Below are positions 1 to 9,874 of a stretch of DNA of 57,547 bases, piece after piece. Each line of letters opens with the position of its first letter. The stretch's first letter is position 1. This DNA comes from a virus (lineage: Duplodnaviria; Caudoviricetes): positions 1-57,547 of the IMG/VR virus record IMGVR_UViG_3300003465_000006, one strand, 5' to 3'. The position numbers and the translations under genes are program-made. Below the pieces are notes generated by a model. The model made no database searches. It had not been told where the DNA came from and worked only from the letters and a program-made list of their open reading frames with translations.

Positions 1-82
1 CCCAAAAAATGCTCCGGGGGAGTTTTTAGACCAATCGTTGTCCGAATTGTCCACTTTGGGCAACTTGAAAGGAGTCGGTTAG

Positions 83-394
83 ATGTCTGTTTCAGACGTA
101 GTTGACATTCCATCATCTGGTGATGCCACAGACAACGACGACGTCACGGTCGGTTCGGTAGTTGTCACTCTCCTCGAGGCCAACCCAGGACGTAAAAGCG
201 CTCTGATCATCAACACCGGACCCGAGGCCATGCGTGTGACAACCGATGGTTCCGACCCGTCACCAACACACGGGAAGCTCGTGTCCGCGGGTGGGGCCCT
301 CACGCTTTCTTCTCCTTACTACCCGACCAAAGAGGTTCTGGCCATCCGTCAGGCTGACGCTGATACTACGGCGAACGCCAGCGAGGTCGACTGA
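83..394 (+). CDS. Hypothetical protein, possibly virion-associated
   Basis: AAAGGAG RBS upstream; stop overlaps next ATG (TGATG). Confidence 0.7.
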   Translation: MSVSDVVDIPSSGDATDNDDVTVGSVVVTLLEANPGRKSALIINTGPEAMRVTTDGSDPSPTHGKLVSAGGALTLSSPYYPTKEVLAIRQADADTTANASEVD

Positions 395-909
395 TGACAG
401 AGAGCCTTATTCTTCCTGGCGGAGTCGGAGGTGTGGGTGCCGGTGCAGGCGCTCCAAAACTCCTCCATGTCTCCGAGGAATTTGCTTCTGGGACGCAACA
501 GCCTCTCACCCCAGGTGCTGCGTGGAGCGTCCGTCCTCTGAACACCATCCTAGTCGACGAGATCGGCGTGACATTGGCGGCCGGCGTCCTGACACTTCCT
601 GCCGGAACGTATGAAGCGGATGGCTACGGTGTTGCTCGTATGTGCGCCACACATCGTATTCGTCTCTACAACGTTACCGCGGCCGATGTCATTCGATACG
701 GAACAGCCGGGCAGTCCTCACAGTCCTCGACTTATGCTCAGACCTCCTCGAAGCTGTTTTCTCGCTTCACTCTCGACGTGGAATCCGACATCCAACTCGA
801 ACACAAGGTCGAGACTGGCCCAGCAGGAGCTTCGACTCTCGGGATCGCCACAGTTGGTAGCACCGGACCGGAGCTCTACTCGGAGTTGATTCTACGTAAG
901 CTGTCCTAG
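394..909 (+). CDS. Putative minor tail/fibre-like beta-rich protein
   Basis: Coupled to the previous gene; beta-rich composition (LPAGTYE...). Confidence 0.55.
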   Translation: MTESLILPGGVGGVGAGAGAPKLLHVSEEFASGTQQPLTPGAAWSVRPLNTILVDEIGVTLAAGVLTLPAGTYEADGYGVARMCATHRIRLYNVTAADVIRYGTAGQSSQSSTYAQTSSKLFSRFTLDVESDIQLEHKVETGPAGASTLGIATVGSTGPELYSELILRKLS

Positions 910-937
910 AGCATTAAGGCCAAGGAGGTGAACCGGC

Positions 938-1189
938 ATGGCTGAGGTCAAGGTTCTGTCAAGAACACAGAGAATAGTCGTCTCTCCAAATAAAGCAGTC
1001 AGCGTTGTGAATGCTGGTCCTCCAGGCCCACCAGGAAAACCGGGCTTACAAGGCCCAGCGGGCCCACCGGGTGCAGGAAGTGGTGGAACCCGATGGTATG
1101 GAGAGGGCCCCCCTAGCGTTATTGTGGGCGCACAACCGAACGACGAGTACGTTGACACGCTTACTGGAGATCTATATGTGCTGACATAG
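938..1189 (+). CDS. Collagen-like (Gly-X-Y) small structural protein
   Basis: GPPGPPGKPGLQGPAGPPG; AGGAGG RBS. Confidence 0.75.
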   Translation: MAEVKVLSRTQRIVVSPNKAVSVVNAGPPGPPGKPGLQGPAGPPGAGSGGTRWYGEGPPSVIVGAQPNDEYVDTLTGDLYVLT

Positions 1190-1208
1190 CTATAGAAAGG
1201 GGTCCCAC

Positions 1209-1712
1209 ATGCCGTGGACTCAACAAGGTAACATTCGCGGCCCTCAAGGGCCTCAGGGACCTCAGGGAGTTCAGGGTGAGCCTGGCCCAGTAGGTCCTGG
1301 TGGATTGAATTGGCGTGGTGCATGGGACGTCGGCACTGCCTACGTCAACGACGATGCCGTCGGGTGGGGTGGGTCATCCTACTTCGTCACTGACGACACG
1401 TTGACGGTTGTCGGAACTCCTCCGACAGGAACGTCTGCTGATCCTGGTGCCGACGACGCCGCTGTGAATGCCGGCTGGGCGCTCTTGGCCACACAGGGTG
1501 CTACTGGTCCTCAGGGTCCGCAAGGTGTACAGGGCGATCAGGGAATCCAGGGTACTCCTGGTGCAGACGGAGCTCCTGGCGCCGACGGCGCACCTGGTCC
1601 TCGTGGTAGTAATTGGTACACTGGAACTGGTGCTCCTGGAACCATCGCTGGATCTCAGGCAGGCGACCACTATCTCGACGTGTCCAACGGCGACGTCTAT
1701 ACACTAAGCTGA
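1209..1712 (+). CDS. Collagen-like tail fibre/minor tail protein
   Basis: Two Gly-X-Y tracts; C-terminal WY.G.G.P...D.Y.D...GD.Y motif shared with the 938-1189 product. Confidence 0.8.
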   Translation: MPWTQQGNIRGPQGPQGPQGVQGEPGPVGPGGLNWRGAWDVGTAYVNDDAVGWGGSSYFVTDDTLTVVGTPPTGTSADPGADDAAVNAGWALLATQGATGPQGPQGVQGDQGIQGTPGADGAPGADGAPGPRGSNWYTGTGAPGTIAGSQAGDHYLDVSNGDVYTLS

Positions 1713-2917
1713 TGGCGTGGGATAAGACTGGTCAGCTGATTGCGGCTGACCCAATTGAAACTTTTCGATTGGTCGAGCTTGAAGTAACCAAACCGTGGAT
1801 CGATCGAGTAAAAGCTAAGTTGGCTCAAGCCAATACGAAACTTGTCCCGATTGCTGGGTTCGGAGATTCCATCTTAGAAGGTTATTCTGCATTCCCAGAC
1901 ATCATGAACCTTGGAATGCTCGGTAAACTTCGCGATGCACTTCAAGCTCAGTATGGAGATGGCGGAACTGGCGTCATCACGGCCAACAAGAACCAAGAGA
2001 GCTATGTAGGACTCTACCCAACGATTAGTCTTCCGATTACCCGTACCTTCGGTACCTGGGCAACAGCTTCTGGGGGTCAGTCCGGATTTACTTTGGACAC
2101 TACGGGCAACAACTCTCGAATCACCATAAGCGGTGTTCGAGGTAGACGAGGCTTCGTCGGTTTGGTTCAGAAGTCTACCTATACAGGCAACATCGAAATC
2201 CGGGTCGACGGTGTTCTTCGCCAAACAATCGCTGCAGGGAACGCTACGACGCGTTTGTTCATGGGCCCAGAGATCGATATGGGTGTTGGAACACACACCG
2301 TTGAGATCAAGAACGTGTCGAACTCTGGAATGAGCTTCGATTATTTCTACGCCTATAACGACGCCGGAGTTGTCGTCGACAACTGGGCTGTAGCAGGTAG
2401 CTCTTCTGGTCTAATCAATCAGCTGGTTCACACCGGAGGAGCAACTCTTGGTCAGTGGTTGATGGCGCACTATTACGCTGGAGCTGGGTGGTGGGCTGGA
2501 AGATCTCCGGCTGGGATTACAGACCCAGTCTGGCTCCTGGAGCATGGTCATAACGACATCAATCAGTCTGTCACGGAAGACACTCTGCGTGCGAATCTGC
2601 TACAGCAGCTAGTTTGGATGCCGCAATACAACCCGCAATCGCCAACCGTCCCTGGGTTTGATGCGCTATTGATTCACATGGCGTTGAGTGACAACGCTCT
2701 AACCACAGGGTGGGGCGCACGGCACGCATACGCCAAAGCGATTAGATCCGTCGCCGACATCCAAGGTCTTCCCGTGTATTCTGTTCAGCGCCGTACTCGT
2801 GGTGTGTCTCGTTGGATCACTGCGATGGGTTATGCCACCGGGACCGAGTACACGCACCCGAACCCTGCTGGACACGCTTGGATGGCGCAACCGCTCATCG
2901 ATCTGCTGGCTGCCTGA
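1712..2917 (+). CDS. SGNH/GDSL-family esterase domain protein
   Basis: FGDSILEG (block I), GHND (block III), THPNPAGH (block V); start placed at the TGATG overlap. Confidence 0.8.
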   Translation: MAWDKTGQLIAADPIETFRLVELEVTKPWIDRVKAKLAQANTKLVPIAGFGDSILEGYSAFPDIMNLGMLGKLRDALQAQYGDGGTGVITANKNQESYVGLYPTISLPITRTFGTWATASGGQSGFTLDTTGNNSRITISGVRGRRGFVGLVQKSTYTGNIEIRVDGVLRQTIAAGNATTRLFMGPEIDMGVGTHTVEIKNVSNSGMSFDYFYAYNDAGVVVDNWAVAGSSSGLINQLVHTGGATLGQWLMAHYYAGAGWWAGRSPAGITDPVWLLEHGHNDINQSVTEDTLRANLLQQLVWMPQYNPQSPTVPGFDALLIHMALSDNALTTGWGARHAYAKAIRSVADIQGLPVYSVQRRTRGVSRWITAMGYATGTEYTHPNPAGHAWMAQPLIDLLAA

Positions 2918-2930
2918 CGAAGGAGTTAGG

Positions 2931-3113
2931 ATGGAAGATCCTCGACTGTTTATTCCTGAATGTCAATCTCTTTCAGAAGAAGACAGGGCAAACTGTCCTA
3001 GCGCAGGCAAAGAGATTCCGGCGGTCCAGACCAGCCAAACGATGCTTCATGCTACTTGTAGTCAGTGCAGAGTCGTAGTCGTAGGTAAGGAACCCGATGA
3101 GACAACAGATTGA
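2931..3113 (+). CDS. Small Cys-containing hypothetical protein
   Basis: AAGGAG RBS before ATG 2931; CSQC motif. Confidence 0.5.
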   Translation: MEDPRLFIPECQSLSEEDRANCPSAGKEIPAVQTSQTMLHATCSQCRVVVVGKEPDETTD

Positions 3114-3417
3114 GGTTTTCAAAGGAAGAACAACCATTATTCCGGTGAGTCTGGGCTACGACGTGTCAACAGATACGTTCAAGAGTGAGATTCGTGCAGG
3201 AAAGACAGCCGACTCAGAGCTCATTGCTACCTGGGAAATCGATTTCGCTACCGACGGAACCGATGGCGAGCTCGTCTTCACTCTGGACGATCTTATCTCT
3301 GCAGGCGTTAATCGAACGATTGGCTACATGGATTTGAAGAGAATCACCAATGGGGAACCCGTCAACGTGTTCGGAGAACCTCTAGAGGTGGTGTTCAAGG
3401 AGTCAATCACCGTATAG
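3097..3417 (+). CDS. Hypothetical protein (possible baseplate/tail domain)
   Basis: Overlapping gene packing; beta-rich. Confidence 0.6.
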   Translation: MRQQIEVFKGRTTIIPVSLGYDVSTDTFKSEIRAGKTADSELIATWEIDFATDGTDGELVFTLDDLISAGVNRTIGYMDLKRITNGEPVNVFGEPLEVVFKESITV

Positions 3418-3427
3418 GAGGTGAACA

Positions 3428-3880
3428 ATGGATCCAGCAGACGCACCAGCTTCAGACGGTGTAATGCTAGCACTCCTTCCGTCGATGGTAGACGATTGGC
3501 AGAAGACAAAGGTTCCGCATCTGACGTTAGTCTATGCTGGAACGGTTGGCGATCTCGGGCCTACTGAATTCAGCGATCTGGCGAAGGACGCATCCATGCT
3601 GGCGTCTCTGGCAAGACCGATCGCACTGCGGGTGATCGCAAGAGAGACGTTCGGGAAGGAGACCGACCAGGTCGACGTCTTCCGTCTCCAGCCGACTCCA
3701 GAGCTAATGGCCATGCGAAGGACCGTGGAGAAGTGGAACGCAAGCGAATTTCCCTTCAATCCGCATGTAACGATCGGACCAGTCGGGACTTTCGTGGAGT
3801 TTCCACCGAGAATGATCGGTTTCGACCGAGTTGCTGTTGGATGGGGTGAAGAGTACCTCATCTTCTCGCTCAATAGGTAA
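3428..3880 (+). CDS. 2H phosphoesterase (LigT/2'-5' RNA ligase/Acb1-like)
   Basis: Two HxT motifs, PHLTLVY and PHVTIG; AGGAGG RBS. Confidence 0.8.
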   Translation: MDPADAPASDGVMLALLPSMVDDWQKTKVPHLTLVYAGTVGDLGPTEFSDLAKDASMLASLARPIALRVIARETFGKETDQVDVFRLQPTPELMAMRRTVEKWNASEFPFNPHVTIGPVGTFVEFPPRMIGFDRVAVGWGEEYLIFSLNR

Positions 3881-4000
3881 GAAGTCGCTATAAGAGGGCT
3901 TTCTTCGAGAGGGCGCGCGCACTCACTTCTTTTTTTACCGAAAATCTCCTCAAATCGATTTATTCGGTAAAGAAAACGGCGAGTAATACAAGGAGAAGGC

Positions 4001-4240
4001 ATGTTGGATGTCACGGGGATTCTCAAAGAACTTACCGCCGAGATTGATTACGCTATCGCTGAGTCACATAAGACTCTTGATAGACGTGACGCCCACAACT
4101 GGGCCAAGGGTTATCGCAAAGGCCTGGTGTTCGCTCGCGATCTCCTGCAGGATCGAGTTGTTATCGATTTGACGGAGCAAGCAAAAAAAGCAGACGAGGC
4201 TGACAACGTGGTCAGAATCAAACAAGCGAAAGGGGGATAG
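4001..4240 (+). CDS. Hypothetical protein
   Basis: AAGGAG RBS; 79-aa ORF. Confidence 0.65.
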   Translation: MLDVTGILKELTAEIDYAIAESHKTLDRRDAHNWAKGYRKGLVFARDLLQDRVVIDLTEQAKKADEADNVVRIKQAKGG

Positions 4241-4242
4241 TA

Positions 4243-4326
4243 GTGTCTACTTTCGAAATCGTCGTCATTATTCTTCTCGCCATCTTGGTCTTGCTGGCGC
4301 TCATTCATCCTCGACGACCCTTCTAA
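4243..4326 (+). CDS. 27-aa membrane peptide (MSTFEIVVIILLAILVLLALIHPRRPF)
   Basis: Translated by hand; GTG start after AGGGGG; single TM segment. Confidence 0.5.
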   Translation: MSTFEIVVIILLAILVLLALIHPRRPF

Positions 4327-4351
4327 ATTCGTAAAAGGGAGGCGGTACACA

Positions 4352-4465
4352 TTGGAACATCTGTCCAACGACCTATTGTGGTCAATACTTGGCGGGGTAA
4401 TAGGTTATTTTGTTGGCGCTGTTCGATGCCGCCTCAAGCATCAAGGACGGCGTGGCCGATGCTGA
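4352..4465 (+). CDS. 37-aa membrane peptide
   Basis: GGGAGG RBS, TTG start; LLWSILGGVIGYFVGAV TM segment and basic tail. Confidence 0.5.
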   Translation: MEHLSNDLLWSILGGVIGYFVGAVRCRLKHQGRRGRC

Positions 4466-4677
4466 AACTTAAGAAGATGTTTCAGCTGAAACTCAAGACG
4501 AAGCCGACAACAAAACAAGTTTTCACGGCGATGGTTCTCGTCATGTGGGCGTTGTCGTTTCTCGTTGACATAGCAAATCCGAAGTACGATCCTCCGGATT
4601 ACATGAACCCTCTTATCATGCTAGTAGGAGGCTATCTGTTCGCCACGACAACAGCATCTAGCGGTAAGGAGAAGTAA
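4459..4677 (+). CDS. Two-TM membrane protein (holin-like)
   Basis: Two hydrophobic segments; upstream of the endolysin. Confidence 0.55.
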   Translation: MLKLKKMFQLKLKTKPTTKQVFTAMVLVMWALSFLVDIANPKYDPPDYMNPLIMLVGGYLFATTTASSGKEK

Positions 4678-5111
4678 TGGTAGACGAAAGCGAAGGTAAA
4701 CAACACAAAACTCTAGTCGTCACCACAGAAGACGGACTGGTCCTTACCGGGAATCGTATCGAAATCTTCGAGGCGCGTATTGTCGAGAGCATACGGAAGC
4801 CGTTCTATCTGGTGATGGGCATATTCGGCTTCATTTTCATTATCTTGATTGGCGGAGCCGTTTTCTTGCGTTCTCTTAACGATACAGTCAACAACACTGA
4901 CAGAATTGTCACAGAGGTGGCCGGGCCGGAAGCCAGAGCGCAGTCTATCAAGGCGCAGTCCGCGCTTATTCAGAAGCTTGTCGATGAGATGGATTGCCGT
5001 GATCAGGAGAATCTGCAGAAGCTGATCGACAACCTCGTCAAGAGCGGTGTAACGATGCTAAAAGGTCTCGAACCGGTTGTCGATCCAATTTGCAAGCCGA
5101 AGGGTGGTTGA
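4677..5111 (+). CDS. Membrane protein (lysis-associated)
   Basis: One TM segment (FYLVMGIFGFIFIILIGGAVFL); lysis-cluster position. Confidence 0.6.
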   Translation: MVDESEGKQHKTLVVTTEDGLVLTGNRIEIFEARIVESIRKPFYLVMGIFGFIFIILIGGAVFLRSLNDTVNNTDRIVTEVAGPEARAQSIKAQSALIQKLVDEMDCRDQENLQKLIDNLVKSGVTMLKGLEPVVDPICKPKGG

Positions 5112-5115
5112 TTAA

Positions 5116-5259
5116 ATGACTGATGAGAACGAAATTCAAGAAGAGACCGGAGATCCGTCGGTTCCGACTGAGCTTCTCGAGATGCACGTCCTATTGGAAG
5201 AGACCGGCATGACTCCCGACCAATTCAAGGAGGCGTTCGGAGATGCAAGTGATCAGTAG
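5116..5259 (+). CDS. 47-aa acidic hypothetical protein
   Basis: Translated by hand; fills the gap and overlaps the endolysin start. Confidence 0.45.
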   Translation: MTDENEIQEETGDPSVPTELLEMHVLLEETGMTPDQFKEAFGDASDQ

Positions 5260-6241
5260 GCAGCAGTGGGGGGCAAGAGCCCCGAGGTCACGCAGCGTAG
5301 GAAGCTTGACAAGGGAGTCCACTGGACACTGGAACGGCCCGAATGTTCCGGTCGGATCTCACGATCGTTGCGCATCTCTTGTTCGAGGTATCCAAAGCTT
5401 CCATATGGATGGGCGAGGCTGGAACGACATCGCCTATAATTTCCTTGTCTGTCAGCACGGTTATGTTTTTGAGGGTCGTGGGCTCAATGTGATCAATGCT
5501 GCCAACGGAACCAATGAGGGTAACCGCGTTAGCCATGGAATCATGTGGATCGCCGGCGAGAACAACGCCTTCACAGATGAGGAAAAGGTCGGCTTCAGCG
5601 AGTGTGTTCGCTACGTAGCCAACGCTGTCGGAGCACCTGACGCAGCCATCGGTCACCGTCAATGGCGTTCGACTGCCTGTCCTGGTGACGCTCGCTACAA
5701 CTGGATCCATCAAGGAATGCCGGTTCCGAACTCTCCGACGAGTCCAACACCGACTCCGAATCCTGTTGTCGACAATCAGCCGACGTTACAGCTTGGCTCT
5801 CGAGGCGATGCTGTCCGTCAGGTCCAGATGATCATCCGTGACCACGCTGGTGGTGACATCGCTGTCGACGGAATTTTCGGTCCACACACCAAGAAGCGAG
5901 TCTCCGATCTACAGGCGTTCTTCGGTCTTGTTGCTGATGGTGTTGTGGGTTCGAAGACTTGGGCCATCCTGAACTATATTTCCTCGGTCAAGCCGAGCCA
6001 GTTCGGTGATTGGCCGCATCTCAAAAAGCCTACTATTCGCCAAGGTGCCAAGGGAAACGGAGTCAAGTATCTTCAGAACGTCATTTTGGCCAAGGCTGGA
6101 GGAAACATCACTGTCGATGGCATCTTCGGTCAACAGACCGAGAATCGAATCCGTGAACTCCAGGCATTCTTCGGAATGACTGTCGACGGAATCGTCGGAC
6201 CAAACACTTGGGCTGTGATCGATTTCATGGCAACTCACTAG
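5243..6241 (+). CDS. Endolysin: N-acetylmuramoyl-L-alanine amidase (Amidase_2/PGRP-like) with two peptidoglycan-binding domains
   Basis: GWNDIAYNFLV..GRG and GHRQ..STACPG motifs; two repeats of L..G..G..V..Q....VDGIFG..T..LQ....VDG.VG..TW. Confidence 0.92.
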   Translation: MQVISRQQWGARAPRSRSVGSLTRESTGHWNGPNVPVGSHDRCASLVRGIQSFHMDGRGWNDIAYNFLVCQHGYVFEGRGLNVINAANGTNEGNRVSHGIMWIAGENNAFTDEEKVGFSECVRYVANAVGAPDAAIGHRQWRSTACPGDARYNWIHQGMPVPNSPTSPTPTPNPVVDNQPTLQLGSRGDAVRQVQMIIRDHAGGDIAVDGIFGPHTKKRVSDLQAFFGLVADGVVGSKTWAILNYISSVKPSQFGDWPHLKKPTIRQGAKGNGVKYLQNVILAKAGGNITVDGIFGQQTENRIRELQAFFGMTVDGIVGPNTWAVIDFMATH

Positions 6242-6262
6242 CCAACCCAAGAAAGGAGGGGA

Positions 6263-6607
6263 ATGAGTGCAAAGAGAACCAACAATAGACGTCGCCGTCC
6301 GGCAATCACGCCAGAAGGCAGGGAGAACCAACTCATTTCCCTGGCGGTCGATCTTGCGGAAAGGCAGTTGAGCGAAGGCACTGCGTCCTCTCAGGTGCTC
6401 ACGCATTTTCTGAAGCTTGCTTCCACGAGGGAGAAGCTCGAGCAGGAACGACTTCAGCAGGAGAATCTACTCCTCAGCGCCAAGCGAGAGCAGCTTGCGT
6501 CGGCCAAGCGCATCGAGGAGCTGTACGAGAACGCTTTGAACGCCATGCGTGCATATTCAGGCGAGGAAGTGAGTGGTTATGATGACGAAGATTCTGAGCT
6601 ATACTGA
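6263..6607 (+). CDS. Conserved phage protein, candidate terminase small subunit
   Basis: Helical, basic N-terminus; upstream of HNH and TerL; function inferred from position. Confidence 0.5.
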   Translation: MSAKRTNNRRRRPAITPEGRENQLISLAVDLAERQLSEGTASSQVLTHFLKLASTREKLEQERLQQENLLLSAKREQLASAKRIEELYENALNAMRAYSGEEVSGYDDEDSELY

Positions 6608-6995
6608 GCTGTCTAGGTTCGATACTTTCGAGGAGCGATTTGAGTATCTGAAGCTCGAAGGCGGTGTCGGTAGGTCGACTTTCGGGTTCGATCGTTATAT
6701 CAACCAGCGTTTTTACGCTTCTCGAGAGTGGGAATTGGCTCGAAACCACGTTCTGGTGAGAGATAACGGCTGTGATCTCGGAATCGAGGGTTTTGAGATC
6801 CATTATCGGCCTCTTATTCATCATATGAACCCGATGAGAGCTGAGGACATTCTTCATGCAGAAGAGTGGATATTCGACCCAGAATTCCTTATAACCACTA
6901 CACACGACACGCATAATTCCATTCATTACGGCGTTATGACGTCCTTTCCCAAGGTCGTTACTGAGCGAACTCCTGGAGATACCAAACTATGGTAA
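6573..6995 (+). CDS. HNH endonuclease (packaging-associated)
   Basis: RDNGC...IHHMNP...THNSIHYG. Confidence 0.8.
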   Translation: MVMMTKILSYTELSRFDTFEERFEYLKLEGGVGRSTFGFDRYINQRFYASREWELARNHVLVRDNGCDLGIEGFEIHYRPLIHHMNPMRAEDILHAEEWIFDPEFLITTTHDTHNSIHYGVMTSFPKVVTERTPGDTKLW

Positions 6996-7005
6996 GGAGG
7001 GTTGA

Positions 7006-7383
7006 ATGGAAACCAGCATTCTGAAGAGCGTCAAAAAGCTTCTCGGCATTGATGCAGCCTACACAGCGTTCGACCAGGACATATTGACGCACATCAATGC
7101 TGTATTTTCCACATTGAACCAGCTCGGTATCGGTCCTGAGATCGGTTTCGCGATTACAGGTGAAACAGAGACCTGGGAGCAACTCGGTCTTACTCAAATT
7201 CAACTGAACTGGGTTCAAACCTACATCTATCTCAAGGTTCGCCTACTGTTCGATCCTCCTGCTACTTCCTTCGCTATCGAGGCGTTGCAGAAGCAGATCG
7301 AAGAACACGAGTGGCGACTTAATGTGGATCGAGAGAACCTTATTCCTCTCCCCACGCCACCAGTAGAGGAGACAGTATGGTAA
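7006..7383 (+). CDS. Putative head-tail connector/adaptor
   Basis: SILxSVKKLLGI...YIYLKVRLLFDPP...EWRL pattern typical of this phage group. Confidence 0.6.
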   Translation: METSILKSVKKLLGIDAAYTAFDQDILTHINAVFSTLNQLGIGPEIGFAITGETETWEQLGLTQIQLNWVQTYIYLKVRLLFDPPATSFAIEALQKQIEEHEWRLNVDRENLIPLPTPPVEETVW

Positions 7384-8123
7384 CTAAGGCACAGGACTTT
7401 ATTCATGAACATATTGCTCATGTGAGTACGAAGCCGTGGGATCAGTACAAAGAGTCTGACTATTCTTTGGCACAGTGGCACAAGGCCTGTCTCATTCACA
7501 TGCATGATGGTCCGCCTACTTCGAAGGATCAGTGCAAACTCCCTGTCCGCACCCCTAACGGCGCACTCAACAAGTACGGGGTCATCGCTGCAGCTGCAGT
7601 TCTCGATGGCGCACGAGCTCCAGTTGATGCTCCAACTGACAAGAAGAAGGCGGCCGCGCGAGCTCTTCTTGGATTTTACAAGGAGTTCAACTCAGATCCT
7701 CCTGTGAAGCTCAAGAGTCTTGCTCAGTCGAGTGTCTCGGAGAATCTCTCAGATTTTCTCGAGCACTACGGCGTAAAGGGAATGCGATGGGGCGTTCGAC
7801 GTAAGGGCGGAGTCAAGAAACTCTCTGGATATTCTCGAGATGCCAAGACTGCAGCTCAGATTCACAAGAAGGCCAAGACGAGTAAGGTCAAAGTCAAGGC
7901 TCTCAGCAACAACGAGATCAACACCTTCCTGAATCGTGTGAATCTGGAGTCTCGCTTCAACCAGGCAACTCCTTCGAAATCCAAGCGAGTGCTGAACACA
8001 GTCAAGAGCCTTCTCGGAACCGGCAAGACCGTCAACGAAGCCATTGCGTTCTCCAATTCTCCGTCTGGTCAAGCGATTCAAAAGGGACTCAAGAAGAAGA
8101 GTAGTAATAGCGCAGCCGCTTAG
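7377..8123 (+). CDS. Head-module protein with LEHYGVKGMRWG motif
   Basis: Internal LEHYGVKGMRWGVRR motif followed by a highly basic tail. Confidence 0.7.
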   Translation: MVTKAQDFIHEHIAHVSTKPWDQYKESDYSLAQWHKACLIHMHDGPPTSKDQCKLPVRTPNGALNKYGVIAAAAVLDGARAPVDAPTDKKKAAARALLGFYKEFNSDPPVKLKSLAQSSVSENLSDFLEHYGVKGMRWGVRRKGGVKKLSGYSRDAKTAAQIHKKAKTSKVKVKALSNNEINTFLNRVNLESRFNQATPSKSKRVLNTVKSLLGTGKTVNEAIAFSNSPSGQAIQKGLKKKSSNSAAA

Positions 8124-8143
8124 TATTGGAAAGGAGTTGTTGA

Positions 8144-9874
8144 GTGGCTCTATCTAACACGGCAACTCCTCGCTACTACGGAGAGTTCAGAGAGAGAGTT
8201 CTTGCTGGAGAGATTCCGGTGAACCGAGAGATCTCTCTTGAGATGAATCGCATCGACGATCTCATCAGGAACCCGAACATCTACTACGATGAGGATGCGG
8301 TTGAAGGCTTCATCAAGTATTGCGAGTGGGAGCTTACTCTAACCGACGGTAGTGATCTTCATCTTCTTGACACGTTCAAGGTTTGGGCAGAGCAGATCTT
8401 CGGATGGTACTACTACGTCGAGCGATCTGTCTACCACCCAGAGCAGGGCTTCATCAAGAAGATCATCAAGAAGCGTCTGACCACCAAGCAGTACCTCATC
8501 ATCGCCAGAGGCGCAGCCAAGTCGATGTACGGTGCCTGCATCCAGGCCTACTTCTTGAATGTGGACACCTCTACCACACACCAGATCACCACGGCACCTA
8601 CCATGAAGCAGGCGGAGGAGATTATGTCTCCTATCCGTACCGCCATCACCAGGTCCCGTGGCCCTCTGTTCAAGTTCTTGACTGAGGGGTCGGTACGCAA
8701 CACCAGTGGTTCCAGTGCCTTTCGGCAGAAGCTCGCTTCCACCAAGAAGGGGATCGAGAACTTCCTGACTGGTTCCATCATTGAGATTCGTCCTATGGCT
8801 ATCAACAAGCTTCAAGGTTTAAGGCCGAAGGTCTCTACTATCGATGAATGGCTCTCTGGTGACATCAGAGAGGACGTTGTCGGGGCAATTGAGCAGGGTG
8901 CCTCGAAGATGGATGACTATCTGATCGTGGCAATCAGCTCTGAAGGAACCGTTCGAAACGGCTCCGGTGACACAATCAAAATGGAACTGGCTAACATCCT
9001 CAAGGGTGAGTACGATGCGCCTCACGTTTCCATTTGGCATTACAAACTTGACGACATCGAGGAAGTAAACGACCCGTCGACGTGGCTGAAGGCCAATCCG
9101 AACCTTGGAAAGACCGTCACCTACGACGTTTATCATCTCGACGTCGAAAGAGCCGAGAAAGCACCCGCATCTCGTAACGATATTCTAGCAAAGCGCTTCG
9201 GCATCCCGATGGAAGGCTACACGTACTTCTTCACCTACGAAGAGACGCTTCCTCATCGGACAACGGACTTCTGGTCGACGCCTTGCTCGCTTGGCGCTGA
9301 TCTTTCGCAGGGTGACGACTTCTGCGCCTTCACTTTCCTGTTCCCATTGCCCAACGGGGCCTTTGGAGTGAAGACCAGGAGCTACATCACCTCGCTCACG
9401 TTGATGAAATTGCCGGCCGCCATGCGATTCAAGTACGAAGAGTTCATCGCCGAGGGTAGTCTTCAGATCATGGACGGGAACATCCTCGACATGATGGAAG
9501 TCTACGACGACCTCGACGCTTTCATCCAAGCTTCCGAGTACGATGTTCGCTCTTTTGGGTTCGATCCTTACAACGCAAAGGAGTTCGTCACCCGCTGGGA
9601 GCAGGAGAACGGCCCCTTCGGTATCGAGAAAGTCATTCAGGGGGCAAAGACAGAGTCGGTTCCTCTAGGTGAGATCAAGATTCTCGCTGAGGAACGAGCT
9701 CTTATATTTGATCAGGCGCTGATGTCGTTTGCCATGAGCAACGCCATCACTCTCGAGGACACTAATGGTAATCGAAAGCTTCTGAAGAAGCGTGCCGAAG
9801 AGAAGATCGACAACGTTTCGGCTTTGCTGGATGCATACGTCGCATACAAAGTGAACAAGGAGCAATTCCAATGA
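8144..9874 (+). CDS. terL: Terminase large subunit
   Basis: Walker A-like IARGAAKS, Walker B IDE, nuclease GADLSQGDD and KID..SA.LDA. Confidence 0.93.
   Translation: MALSNTATPRYYGEFRERVLAGEIPVNREISLEMNRIDDLIRNPNIYYDEDAVEGFIKYCEWELTLTDGSDLHLLDTFKVWAEQIFGWYYYVERSVYHPEQGFIKKIIKKRLTTKQYLIIARGAAKSMYGACIQAYFLNVDTSTTHQITTAPTMKQAEEIMSPIRTAITRSRGPLFKFLTEGSVRNTSGSSAFRQKLASTKKGIENFLTGSIIEIRPMAINKLQGLRPKVSTIDEWLSGDIREDVVGAIEQGASKMDDYLIVAISSEGTVRNGSGDTIKMELANILKGEYDAPHVSIWHYKLDDIEEVNDPSTWLKANPNLGKTVTYDVYHLDVERAEKAPASRNDILAKRFGIPMEGYTYFFTYEETLPHRTTDFWSTPCSLGADLSQGDDFCAFTFLFPLPNGAFGVKTRSYITSLTLMKLPAAMRFKYEEFIAEGSLQIMDGNILDMMEVYDDLDAFIQASEYDVRSFGFDPYNAKEFVTRWEQENGPFGIEKVIQGAKTESVPLGEIKILAEERALIFDQALMSFAMSNAITLEDTNGNRKLLKKRAEEKIDNVSALLDAYVAYKVNKEQFQ

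Noticed and set aside
1240-1600. Short nucleotide repeats such as GGTCCTCAGGG
   Set aside because: They are explained by collagen Gly-X-Y coding.
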